Shown: piece after piece, positions 7,603 to 17,500 of the stretch | How positions within the stretch are numbered: position 1 is the first letter of the stretch | How the letters are laid out: each line of letters starts with the position of its first letter | Source: Candidatus Altiarchaeota archaeon | Lineage (GTDB): Archaea > Altiarchaeota > Altiarchaeia > IMC4 > SCGC-AAA252-I15 | Reading direction: 5' to 3' | Assembly (NCBI GenBank): GCA_043813075.1 | Contig: JBDRLL010000010.1 | Coordinates: 64,001-128,000, forward strand | DNA length: 64,000 nucleotides | The notes under the pieces: model-generated | The model's input: only the letters and a program-made list of their open reading frames with translations | Told to the model about the DNA's origin: nothing | Databases searched by the model: none | Position numbers and translations under genes: made by a program

Positions 7603-9342
7603 TTAACCGTAGAGTCTCCTGCTGTCCCACTCGTCCCTCATGTTGTCTTTCTTCATTATGAGGAACCTGTCCATAACCAGCGCGTCTATTCCCGTCCCCA
7701 TCATACACCTGTAAGCGTCGTAGGGGCTGCATACTATCGGCTCGCCCCTGACGTTGAACGACGTGTTTATTATTATCGGTACTCCCGACAGCTTTTCAAA
7801 CTCCTTTATCACACCCCAGTAGAGTGGGCTCTTCTCCTTCCTTACCGTCTGGAGTCTGCCGCTCCCGTCAACGTGGGTGACTGACGGGATAAGCCCCCTC
7901 TTATCCTCCCTGACTGGGTACACCAGGAGCATGAAATCCGTTGATATCGGCAGATTTTCATCGCACTCGAAGTACTCTACCGCATCCTCTATGGGGACTG
8001 CGGGCGCGAACGGCCTGAAGCCCTCCCTATGCTTCACCCTGGCGTTTATTATGTCCTTCATGTCAGGGTTGCATGGGTTGGCGAGTATGCTACGCGAACC
8101 CAGGGCTCTCGGACCCCACTCCATCCTGCCCTGAAACCATCCCACAATCTTATCCTCAAAGATCATCCCAGCAGTGTCTTTCATCAGATTCTCGTCGCTT
8201 TCGAACTCACTGTAGGTTATGTCGTTTCCCTCGAGGAATGACTTCACGTGTCCTGTGCTGTATCCTGGTCCAAGGTAGGAGTGGTCCAGCACAGTCTTCC
8301 TATCCTCCCCGAGCACCCCATTGTAGGCGTATACTGCTGCCCCCATGCTGGTGCCTCCGTCCCCCGCCGCCGACTGTATGTACATCTGCTTGAACGGGGT
8401 GTTCTTCATTATCTTGCCGTTCGCAACGCTGTTCAACGCGACCCCACCCGCGATGCACAGGTTGTCCGTATCCAGGGTGTCGTGCAGGTGGTTTAGCATC
8501 CTGAATATCACATCCTCAGTTATCTTCTGGAGTGTTGCCGCGATATCCTTGTGTTCCTGGGTTATCCTACCCCCCCTCTCCCTTACCTCGCAGAGTTCGT
8601 CAATCATCTTTCTCCCAGGCATCCTCATGTTGTAATGGTACTCGAAGTAGGACATGTCAAGCATGTAGCTTCCATCATCCTTAACGTCCATGAACTTGAG
8701 GAAGCTGTCGTAGTACTTCGGTTTCCCGTATGGTGAGAGGCCCATCACCTTGTACTCGTCGTTGTTTGCCTTGAATCCGAGCAGCGTTGTTATGGTGCTG
8801 TACAATAGCCCTATCGAGTGCGGGAATTCTATGGCCTTCACGAGCCTTATGTCCTTGTCTTTCCCGTATCCGAGTGTCGTGGTGTCCCATTCTCCGACGC
8901 CGTCTATCGTCATTATGGCCGCCTCCTTGAATGGGGAGAGGAAGAAGGATGATGCTGCGTGGGCTAGGTGGTGTTCGATGTAGAACACGTCTTTCCTGTA
9001 TTTCAGCCTCTTTCTTATGGTTGACTGGACCCGCATCTTCTCGTTTATCCAGCTTGGCATGGTCTTCAGGAATGTGGTGTAGCTCTTCGGGAATGTCTCG
9101 GTGTGTTGGGACATCATCCTCTCGAACTTGAGGAGCGGCTTCTCGTAGAATGCCACGTAGTCTACTTCGTCGATGTTTATTCCCGCCTCCTGCAGGCACC
9201 ATTCCGCGGATTTTATGGGGAAGCTTGTGTCGTGTTTCTTCCTTGTGAATCGCTCCTCCTCTGCTGCTGCTATCACCTCGCCGTCTCTGATGAGGCATGA
9301 TGACGCGTCATGGTAGTAGCATGAGAGTCCTAGTATGTTCAT
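7603..9342 (-). CDS. O-carbamoyltransferase (NodU/CmcH/SxtI family)
   Basis: YHDAS, EEERFTRKKH, EHHLAHA, DGVGE, EYKVMGL, GGVALN, EWGPRALG.RSILA, RPFAP, NTSFN. Confidence 0.96.
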   Translation of the reverse strand: MNILGLSCYYHDASSCLIRDGEVIAAAEEERFTRKKHDTSFPIKSAEWCLQEAGINIDEVDYVAFYEKPLLKFERMMSQHTETFPKSYTTFLKTMPSWINEKMRVQSTIRKRLKYRKDVFYIEHHLAHAASSFFLSPFKEAAIMTIDGVGEWDTTTLGYGKDKDIRLVKAIEFPHSIGLLYSTITTLLGFKANNDEYKVMGLSPYGKPKYYDSFLKFMDVKDDGSYMLDMSYFEYHYNMRMPGRKMIDELCEVRERGGRITQEHKDIAATLQKITEDVIFRMLNHLHDTLDTDNLCIAGGVALNSVANGKIMKNTPFKQMYIQSAAGDGGTSMGAAVYAYNGVLGEDRKTVLDHSYLGPGYSTGHVKSFLEGNDITYSEFESDENLMKDTAGMIFEDKIVGWFQGRMEWGPRALGSRSILANPCNPDMKDIINARVKHREGFRPFAPAVPIEDAVEYFECDENLPISTDFMLLVYPVREDKRGLIPSVTHVDGSGRLQTVRKEKSPLYWGVIKEFEKLSGVPIIINTSFNVRGEPIVCSPYDAYRCMMGTGIDALVMDRFLIMKKDNMRDEWDSRRLYG

Positions 9343-9353
9343 GTTGTCTCCCC

Positions 9354-9590
9354 CTAGAATTGGCGGTAGTATTCCTCCCGCTTTCCCTCACCTGTTTTTC
9401 GTTCCACATAGTATGTGCCGTCCCTCTTTTTCATGTCCAGGAAGTGTCTGCCTGATATCCTGTATGCTAGGGACACTGGCCCGACACCCAGGACGTATAC
9501 GATTGTCAGTAGTATGGAGTTCACGGCTCCTGTCGCATGTTTTCCGAATCCCTCAAATCCTTTCCTGAATCCTCTTAGAAAATCGTTCAT
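9354..9590 (-). CDS. SxtJ-like small membrane protein (C-terminal-type portion)
   Basis: G.VNSILL.IVY.L.V.P.S...R..G...L...Y.RQF pattern, immediately upstream of the carbamoyltransferase. Confidence 0.7.
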   Translation of the reverse strand: MNDFLRGFRKGFEGFGKHATGAVNSILLTIVYVLGVGPVSLAYRISGRHFLDMKKRDGTYYVERKTGEGKREEYYRQF

Positions 9591-9802
9591 CCTAGCTTCC
9601 TCAGGGACTTGAATGTCATGAACGCTGCTCCAGTGAAAAACAATGCGGCAATGATGGTCGCGTACGTCCCCGGCTCTATGCCGTGCAGCCCAGCCCTTCC
9701 TGTGATGTAGTATGCTATCGACAGGAATATGGTTAGTGCGGTGCAGTATCCCACTGACTCGCCGACAATCGATGTCTTGCTCTGTCTCCTATAGAATTCC
9801 AT
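9587..9802 (-). CDS. Small two-TM membrane protein
   Basis: 71 aa from ATG at 9802 (MEFYRRQSK...), two hydrophobic segments, 4-nt overlap with the SxtJ-like gene. Confidence 0.6.
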   Translation of the reverse strand: MEFYRRQSKTSIVGESVGYCTALTIFLSIAYYITGRAGLHGIEPGTYATIIAALFFTGAAFMTFKSLRKLG

Positions 9803-9915
9803 TTTTGAGTTTGATTTAAGAATTAAAACCAAATACTTATAAAATACAAAAAAATTTATAATATACAAAAATATTTTATCATATATAAAAAGGTTTTTGA
9901 ATATATTCAACAATA
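9803..9915. promoter_or_regulatory. AT-rich divergent promoter region
   Basis: Very AT-rich interval with several TTATA/TATAA boxes between divergent genes. Confidence 0.55.
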
Positions 9916-11262
9916 ATGGCTGACTACAACACCATAATAGTCGGTGCAGGACCATCCGGGCTGTTCGCGGCACTCACACTCGCAGGAAGACAGGATAAGA
10001 TACTGGTCGTGGAGGAGGGCAAGGACATAAGCGACCGGACTGGAGGGCCAGAGGACATAATGTCGGGCGTCGGCGGCGCGGGACTATACTCTGACGGCAT
10101 GCTGAACCTTAACCCGGACATAGGCGGAAGCCTCTCCGAGTTCTGCAAGACCGATGAAGAAGCGGACAATCTGGTGCGTCGAGTTGACGAAGAGTACTTA
10201 CGGTGCGGTGCGCCTGATAAGACGCTCGGAGACGACGAGGAAAAAGTCCGGAAGCTGCGGGAAAAAGCCAGCTCCACAGGCATAAACTTCATACCCATAA
10301 TACAAAGACACATCGGCACAGACAACGCGCCCAAAGTAATCTCCCGCATGAAGGAATACCTATCAGAGAAAGGCGTTGAATTCCTGGTTAACACCAGGGT
10401 GGAGGACATACTAGTCAAAGACGGATGCTGTGGGGGAGTCATGATACGGGGCCGTGAGATAACCTCAGACAGCGTGATACTCGCCCCCGGCCGCGTCGGA
10501 GCGGACTGGGGGGACATGATAGTCCACAAGCACAGGATAAGCTCCATGTTCCGGCCCATAGACGTCGGAGTCCGCGTTGAAGTTGGCTCCGCCATAATGG
10601 ACGATGTCGCGTCAGTCAGCAGAGACCCTAAATTCCACATACACACTAGCACTTACAATGATTTCGTCCGCACGTTCTGCACAAACCACCAGGGATACGT
10701 TGTCGAGGAAAAGTATGACGGATTCACTGGCGTGAACGGTCACACGCTCACAGACACAAAATCGGAAAACACGAACTTCGCCTTCCTGGTCAGGATAGCT
10801 CTGACCGAGCCGGTTGAAGACACCATACAGTACGGGGAGAAGATAGCCATGCTCGCCACAATGATCGGCGGCGGGAGGCCTATAATACAGCGTTTAGGGA
10901 ACCTTAGGGAGGGTCGCCGCTCCCACCCCCGTGACATACGGGATAATGGAGTCCGCAACACACTCAAGAACGTTACTCCCGGGGATGTGGGGATGGCGCT
11001 GCCACACCGCATAGTAACGGACATACTGGAGGGCCTTGAGAAGCTCGGCAAAGTCATTCCCGGAGTCGACAGCGACTCCACGCTACTATACGCCCCTGAA
11101 ATAAAGTACTACAGCATGCGTGCCGTCGTGGACGGTGACATGATGACCAGCATGAATGGGCTGTATGCTGCTGGAGACGGGATGGGTTTGAGCAGGGACA
11201 TAGTGAACGCCTCTGCCACCGGAATATTAGCTGCTGAAGGTGTTTTGAGGAATGAATGTTGA
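9916..11262 (+). CDS. NAD(P)/FAD-dependent oxidoreductase (uncharacterised FAD-dependent dehydrogenase family)
   Basis: IIVGAGPSG, GGAGLYSDG, RHIGTD, RTFCTN, YAPEIKYY, AAGDG. Confidence 0.88.
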   Translation: MADYNTIIVGAGPSGLFAALTLAGRQDKILVVEEGKDISDRTGGPEDIMSGVGGAGLYSDGMLNLNPDIGGSLSEFCKTDEEADNLVRRVDEEYLRCGAPDKTLGDDEEKVRKLREKASSTGINFIPIIQRHIGTDNAPKVISRMKEYLSEKGVEFLVNTRVEDILVKDGCCGGVMIRGREITSDSVILAPGRVGADWGDMIVHKHRISSMFRPIDVGVRVEVGSAIMDDVASVSRDPKFHIHTSTYNDFVRTFCTNHQGYVVEEKYDGFTGVNGHTLTDTKSENTNFAFLVRIALTEPVEDTIQYGEKIAMLATMIGGGRPIIQRLGNLREGRRSHPRDIRDNGVRNTLKNVTPGDVGMALPHRIVTDILEGLEKLGKVIPGVDSDSTLLYAPEIKYYSMRAVVDGDMMTSMNGLYAAGDGMGLSRDIVNASATGILAAEGVLRNEC

Positions 11263-11761
11263 AGTGCTCCGCCTGGGCCACAGGTTCTCGAGGGACAAGA
11301 GGCTTACCACCCATGTGGCGTTGACTGCCAGAGCCTTCGGGGCCGGCAGGCTGATTCTGGATTCCAAGGATTCGCATCTAATGGAGAGTGTGGAGTCTGT
11401 TGTGGATAACTGGGGTGGTGGGTTCAGGATAGACTACACCGACAACTGGAAGAACACGATACGCGATTTCAAGGGCGTGAGAATACACCTCACCATGTAC
11501 GGCATCAACGTTGACGACGCGTTAAGCCGGCTGGACGACGACAGGGACAAGCTCATAGTCATCGGCGGTCAGAAGGTCCCGCCTGAAGTATACGAGCTGG
11601 TTGACTACAACATTGCGGTAGGCAACCAGCCGCACAGCGAAGTCGCGGCCCTGGCCATACTAATGGACCGGCTGTTCAAGGGAACGCAGTTCAATATCGA
11701 CTTCAAGGGGAAGAGGACGGTGGTTCCACAGGAGAGGGGCAAGATGGTTGTGCAGGAATAG
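11252..11761 (+). CDS. trm56: tRNA (cytidine(56)-2'-O)-methyltransferase aTrm56 (SPOUT)
   Basis: LRLGHR..RDKRLTTHV.LTARAFGA, HLTMYG, GNQPHSEVAALA. Confidence 0.96.
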   Translation: MNVEVLRLGHRFSRDKRLTTHVALTARAFGAGRLILDSKDSHLMESVESVVDNWGGGFRIDYTDNWKNTIRDFKGVRIHLTMYGINVDDALSRLDDDRDKLIVIGGQKVPPEVYELVDYNIAVGNQPHSEVAALAILMDRLFKGTQFNIDFKGKRTVVPQERGKMVVQE

Positions 11762-11762
11762 C

Positions 11763-12494
11763 CTATCTCTTGACTGCGATAAAGAGGGTCTTGAATGCCC
11801 TGCCTACTGGAATTATCCTCTCGATTCCCGCAGCCTTCATAAGCAGTCTCTCGAACCTTAATAGCCGTCGGTCGGACTTCCACAGGGTTTTCCTCTTGTA
11901 CGCCGAGTACGCGGTGTACCTCACGTACATGTAGAGTATCAGCCTTGAGAGCAGCCTCATGTAGCCTCTTTTCCCAGTGACATGGAATCCATTCGATTCC
12001 AGCATACCCGTGAACTCTTCCTCGCTGTACGTCCTCCTGTACTTCCACAGGCCCTGGAGGTCTTTTGTCAGCTGTTTCCTGAATGGGAGTATGTCCACTC
12101 CCCTTATGGTCGTTGATATGAAGAGCCTGCCTCCCGGCTTTAGTATCCTATTCATCTCGCGTATAAGGCTGACGTCCCCCACCAGTACTTCGATGAGGTC
12201 CATGCATATGACTGAGTCGAAGAAGTTCTTCTGGAAGTCGGTCCTGCCTGGCGTCTGAACGCTGAAGTTTACGCCAGGATAGTCCCTCTTAGCGTGTGTT
12301 ATCATCTCGTCGCTGGATTCTATCCCATAACGCTCTACAGCATTGATGTTGCCTATGACAAAGCCTTGGAAGCATTTGGCGTCGAGCACCCGGCCCCCAA
12401 GGGGCTCTCCAGAAAATTCGAGCTGCCTTAGCCTAACCCCTCCGGCACTGTACTCCATATTCCACTTAACGTCCCTACCGTAGGCAGTCATCAT
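11763..12494 (-). CDS. Class I SAM-dependent methyltransferase-like protein (degenerate motif I)
   Basis: VLDAKCFQG, FDSVIC.D.IE, RILKPGGRL. Confidence 0.7.
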   Translation of the reverse strand: MMTAYGRDVKWNMEYSAGGVRLRQLEFSGEPLGGRVLDAKCFQGFVIGNINAVERYGIESSDEMITHAKRDYPGVNFSVQTPGRTDFQKNFFDSVICMDLIEVLVGDVSLIREMNRILKPGGRLFISTTIRGVDILPFRKQLTKDLQGLWKYRRTYSEEEFTGMLESNGFHVTGKRGYMRLLSRLILYMYVRYTAYSAYKRKTLWKSDRRLLRFERLLMKAAGIERIIPVGRAFKTLFIAVKR

Positions 12495-12533
12495 TATGAA
12501 TTGAAATGGTTTTTAATAAACCAATTTAACGTT

Positions 12534-13949
12534 CTATGGCGTGTTCCCGACGAATTCCTCTGTTTTGCGCTTCCTCTGCTCGTGGCTTGCTTTCACCAGT
12601 TCCCTGTGCCTATCGACTAGATAATCCCAGCTTATGCCGTCGTCGGTGAACGTCCTGCTGTAGTACCTGTAGTAGTCGTCGATGCTCTGGGTTATTATCC
12701 TGCCCTGTTTCTCCAGCGTCTCGTAGGCGGGCGTCCCATGATATGGTTTGAACACCTCGATATTGTATTCGACGTCCATGTCTGACACAAGCTTTTCAGT
12801 CTGCTCCAGCGTCTCCCTTGTTTCGCCGGGATATCCCATCATAAAGCACGCCCTCACGTAGACTCCAAGACCCTTCAACGTCTCTACAGCCTTCCTCACC
12901 CCCTCCACATCAGCCTTCTTGTTCATCCTGTCGAGCATTCGCTGGCTGCCGGACTCCACGCCTATCGCCACGTTCACGAGCCCGACGTCCTGCATCCGCC
13001 CTATAACATCCTTGTTCACGTTCTCGCTCCTGACCAGGCAGTTCCATATTATCCGCAAGTCCCTCGCCTCGATAAGGTCGCACATCCTCATAACCCTCTT
13101 TTCGTCAACGTTGAATGTGTCGTCAAGGAAGTTTATCTGCCTTGTACCATACCTGTAGTACACCATCTCTATCTCGTCGACAACGTTCTCCGGGCTCCTG
13201 AGCCGGTGGCTGCCGCTCCACACGACCCTGCTGGCGCAGAAGCTGCAGTTGAACGGGCATCCCCTCCCCGTTATCATCCTGCCCAGCGAGTCCGCCTCAT
13301 ACCTGCCGAACTCGACGAGCGATTCCCTGTCAGGGAAGGGTATCAAATCAAGGTCATCAATAAGCCCCCTATCCTGGTTTTCCACAATACTCCCGCCCTC
13401 CGTGAATGAGACCCCTTTAACCGAGTGCACGTCACCGCCTGAAGACAGAGTGTCCAGCAGCTCTCTGAGCGTCACCTCACCCTCGCCCCTCACGACATAG
13501 TCGAATCCGCCGTCAGCCAGTATCTCACCCGGCCTCAGTGTGGCGTCTACACCCCCGCCTATCAACACTGTCGAGTCTTTTATCCCCTTAGCTATCTCAG
13601 CGACCCGCCTGCCTGAAGTGTAAGTCATGGTGAGGAGCTCTACTCCAACATAGTCCGGCTTGTATTCCTCAATCACCCTCCTCATCTTCACCCACGAGTG
13701 GTGCATGTCATCGCGGAGGCTCCTACCGTACTCGTCGTAGTCCAATTCCGAAGCATGCTTCTCCGGGCTCTTGAAGAAGCCTGAATGCAGGTCCGCATTA
13801 TAAACCCGCACGTCGTAACCGTCCTTCAGCACGGACGCTAGATACAGTAGGCCTAACGGCATGTACTGTGACCTGTCTATGTTGAACAGCGTGTCGTACG
13901 GTGGGCTGACTAAAAGCACCCTGCCCCTCCCGCCAGATTCTTCGGGCAT
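12534..13949 (-). CDS. B12-binding domain radical SAM protein
   Basis: PLGLLYLAS, GG...T, VRGEGE, RGCPFNCSFC, GVESGSQ. Confidence 0.93.
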   Translation of the reverse strand: MPEESGGRGRVLLVSPPYDTLFNIDRSQYMPLGLLYLASVLKDGYDVRVYNADLHSGFFKSPEKHASELDYDEYGRSLRDDMHHSWVKMRRVIEEYKPDYVGVELLTMTYTSGRRVAEIAKGIKDSTVLIGGGVDATLRPGEILADGGFDYVVRGEGEVTLRELLDTLSSGGDVHSVKGVSFTEGGSIVENQDRGLIDDLDLIPFPDRESLVEFGRYEADSLGRMITGRGCPFNCSFCASRVVWSGSHRLRSPENVVDEIEMVYYRYGTRQINFLDDTFNVDEKRVMRMCDLIEARDLRIIWNCLVRSENVNKDVIGRMQDVGLVNVAIGVESGSQRMLDRMNKKADVEGVRKAVETLKGLGVYVRACFMMGYPGETRETLEQTEKLVSDMDVEYNIEVFKPYHGTPAYETLEKQGRIITQSIDDYYRYYSRTFTDDGISWDYLVDRHRELVKASHEQRKRKTEEFVGNTP

Positions 13950-13984
13950 GTAATATATTTACGGCGCCAGGTAATTATTACCCT

Positions 13985-14551
13985 ATGATAATCGTCGTAG
14001 ACTACGGCGGCCAGTACGTCCACAGGATATGGCGTAGCCTAAAGTATCTGGGCGTCGAATCGAAGGTGGTTGGCAGGGACACTCCGATCGAGGAAATGAT
14101 GTCCATGAATCCTGAGGGATTCATAATGAGCGGCGGCCCATCATCGGTCTACGAGGATTCGGACAAGCTGGGGGACTATAAGGGCATACTGGATTCAGGG
14201 CTGCCGGTGCTTGGCATATGCCTCGGCCACCAGATAATGGCCCACGCGCTGGGTGGAGTCGTCAGGAAGGGTGAGAGCGGGGAGTACGCTGCCGTCGACA
14301 TACGTGTTCTCGAGGAGGATGACTTGTTCAAGGGACTTGAATCGACATTGACTGTGTGGGAGTCGCACCGTGATGAGGTGGTGGAGTTGCCGCCAGGCTT
14401 CGTATGCCTTGCGGAGTCTGACATATGCTCGATAGAGGCGATGAAGCACGAGTCAAAGAGGCTCTACGCCGTGCAATTCCATCCTGAAGTCAACCACACC
14501 CCCCATGGCGCTGAGATACTAAAGAACTATATGCGAGTCTGCGGGCTATAA
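13985..14551 (+). CDS. guaAA: GMP synthase glutamine amidotransferase subunit A
   Basis: DYGGQY.HRI.R, SGGP, GICLGHQ, QFHPEV.HT. Confidence 0.96.
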   Translation: MIIVVDYGGQYVHRIWRSLKYLGVESKVVGRDTPIEEMMSMNPEGFIMSGGPSSVYEDSDKLGDYKGILDSGLPVLGICLGHQIMAHALGGVVRKGESGEYAAVDIRVLEEDDLFKGLESTLTVWESHRDEVVELPPGFVCLAESDICSIEAMKHESKRLYAVQFHPEVNHTPHGAEILKNYMRVCGL

Positions 14552-14557
14552 CCCCCT

Positions 14558-17500
14558 CTATTGTCCGCCTTCCTCTCCTTCGCCTGCCACATTATCCTCA
14601 AGCCATTTGCCGACGCTCTCCTTCTGCGGCCTCCTGCGGCTTCCCCTGTAAAGCATCTCGTGCTTCACGTTGCTTAGCCTTCTTTCCCTGGCCCTCGGAT
14701 CCTCCTCGCCTTCTCCGCCGGCCCCCTCCTTGCTAGGCTCCTTCGCGGTGCCCGGAGTCTCGGTGCTGGTGTCCTTCGAGCCAGCGCCGGCTGCGGCCGC
14801 TCCTGCGGCAGGCTTGGCTGCCGGCTGTTCGTAGCTTCCCTTCGATGGGTCGTAAGTCTCCTGCCTCTGAGCCTCCTTCATGGTAGCGTCGCCCACGGTG
14901 TTGCCGCTGGCTTTCTCGTAGTTGGCTTTCGCCGCATCCCAGCGTGCGCCATCATCCTTGTAGTCATCAGCCTTCAGCTTCCCGTACTCGTCTCTGACAC
15001 CCTTCGCCTGTCCAAGGTCAGATCCTCTCACTGACGTCCCACGCACCTCATCCTGGTTGCCGTACAACGGATTGCTGGCGTAGGTCTCCTGCCTCCTCGC
15101 CTCTCCTATTGACGCGTCGCTTATCTTGTCCCTGTCTACCCCGCTGCTGCTGGCGTAGCTGTCTGCAGCAGCACCCCAGCGCTCATCATCGTTCTTGAAC
15201 TTGGAGGCATCCTGCTTGCCATACTCATCCCGTACACCCTTAGCGTGGTCTGCATTCGCGCCTTCCACCGGCCTGCTGATGTGGTCTGGCATGTCCCTCC
15301 CAGTCTTGCTGTAGTGCATGTCGTTCGCATGCTGCCTCTTCTGGTCCGGGTTCAAGTCATCCCACTTCTTGCCTGGATTATCATGCTCGTACTTGCCCTT
15401 CGCATCCCTGTATGCCTGCTTTGAATCGTATCCCGCCTCAGTGTTGCGCCTCCAACCCATCTCCTGCTTGATGAGCCCCTTCCTCTGGTCTGGGCTGAGA
15501 TACCTGCCCTTCCTGTCTGCCGCATCAAGGTCCCCCCATTTTTTACCCTTGTTCTCGCCCTCGTACTTCTTCTTGGCAGCCGCCTCATCCCATGCGGGTC
15601 CTGTCTTCCCGTCACCCTGCTCATACCTCCTCCTGGCAGCCCACTTGACCTCCCCCATGCTCATGTGGTCCGGCCTGCCGACCCTCGTAGCGTCCTTCCC
15701 GAATACCGCGGACCTGGCGGTCTGCCCTGAGACCGCGCCTGCCTGCCTTCTCACGGTATCCTCGTTGAGGCCGTGCTTGCCTAGTATCGCCTGCACCGGA
15801 GCCCTCCTGTCTTCAGGCCCGTTAAGACGGTCGTGGAGTTCGCTCGCGTTGCTGACGCCAATACCCTTCAAGTCCTGCTGCGCCTGCGTGTTGCCACGCA
15901 AGGCTCCGACCCTGTTCAAGTCGCTCTGACCCCTGTATCCGTCCATGCCGGCACGCCAAGCCTCCCTCACCTGCCCGACCGCGCCGATGAGGCCTCCCGG
16001 CCTGCTGACGATGTCACCCAACTTGACGTTCTTGTCTATGAATGGTATGCGCCTTAGGAATGGGGTGTCTCCGACCTTCCTGTTGGCGAGCGACGTCCCA
16101 TGCACTATCGCTCTCCCCGTGTTGGCTATCCCCCTGCCCACACCCCGCATGGCCCTGAATGGGACGTTCAGGCCGCCGGTTGCGACGGTCTCGCCCACCA
16201 GCATAGGGGCATACCTCATGGAAGTCCTCACGTACGCTCCCGCGCCGCTTAAGCCCACGCCAACAGCCTTCCCTGCCATGTATGCTCCCATGGAGCCTAC
16301 CATCTGTCCTGTAGTCATCTTCCCGCTCTTGCTGCTTCCCGCTATCCCGCCCATGCTCGCGGCGGTCCCTACCATGCCTTCGCGAGACACGCCCTGGAAG
16401 AACGACCTGCCGACCCTTGTCTTAGTCCCAACATCCTGTATGCCCTTGCCGATACCCAACTGCTTACCTATCTTAGCCCCCGCGTAAGCGTATCCGAGGG
16501 CAGGCAATACAGTGGAGCCTGTGATAATACCCGCACTCGAAGTCAACCCAACCACCAGGCCAGCCTTCATCCAGTCGCCTCCAACAGACATCATCCCCTT
16601 CCCCACTCTCGCAGCTCCGGTCACCGTCTTCTCCGCGCCAGTACCCTTCGTGAAGTGGTGGCCGAACTTCTTGTACGCGTATCCTGCCGCAAGAGCGCCG
16701 CCAATATGGCCTCCAATCAATGACTGGCCGACGCCGTACGCAAGTGCCATGGTGGCTACCCCCTTCATCCCCAATGACCTGCCCCCCATCTTATGGGCAA
16801 CGTACATTCCAGCCAAAGCCATTCCCCCTAACGGCCCGAAGCCAAGCATTGATGCGCCAATCATGTATGCGCCAAAGGTCTTGAGTAGGCCGCCCTTGCC
16901 TAGCGAGCTGCCGAGGTTGGCTTTACCCCCCCTGTTGCTGAACATCTTGGCCGCGCCTATGCCTGCGAACGCTCCGCCAACGGCAGCCCCCACTGGGGCG
17001 CCGAACGCTGCGAGGGCGAGCGTCGCGCCTACGCCCACACCCAGCCCGACTAGGGCTCCTTTCCCTGATATGCCCGAGGCCTGCGACATCCCGCTGAATA
17101 GCGTGCTGAATACCCCCTGGTTCGGGAGTGCCTGGCTGCCTGGAGCGCCGCCAGTCCCGGTCCTGCCGTCTCCTGTCGGAGCGCTTCCAGATTTAGGGCC
17201 ACTAGGCCCAGTACCGCTTGGGGCAGGGCCGGTGCCAGTAGCATCCCCGCCGCCAGTAGTCCCCGGTCCAGTACCGCTTGGGGCAGGGCCTCCTGCTGGT
17301 CCGGTACCTCCCACTGGCGCTGTCTGGGTCTTGGCTTGTGTTGTCGGAGTGCTGCCAGTCTTGCTTGACGAGTCTCCAGGAGCCTTGACTCCGGAGGACT
17401 TGGTTCCAGCTGACGTCTTGGTCTTGCCTCCAGTATCCGTCTGGGCGGCACCCTTCTTTTTGCCTTTGGCAGACATTAGAGTGTCTCCTGCGATTCCCTT

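Noticed and set aside
7414-9590. Saxitoxin biosynthesis
   Set aside because: Only sxtI/J/K-like genes are present, with no sxtA, sxtG or other core genes. The trio is widespread outside toxin clusters.
9803-9973. N-terminal extensions in the ORF track (9587-9973, 29747-, 47083-, 53942-)
   Set aside because: They run through AT-rich promoters or neighbouring genes. Downstream ATGs match family starts and/or SD sites.
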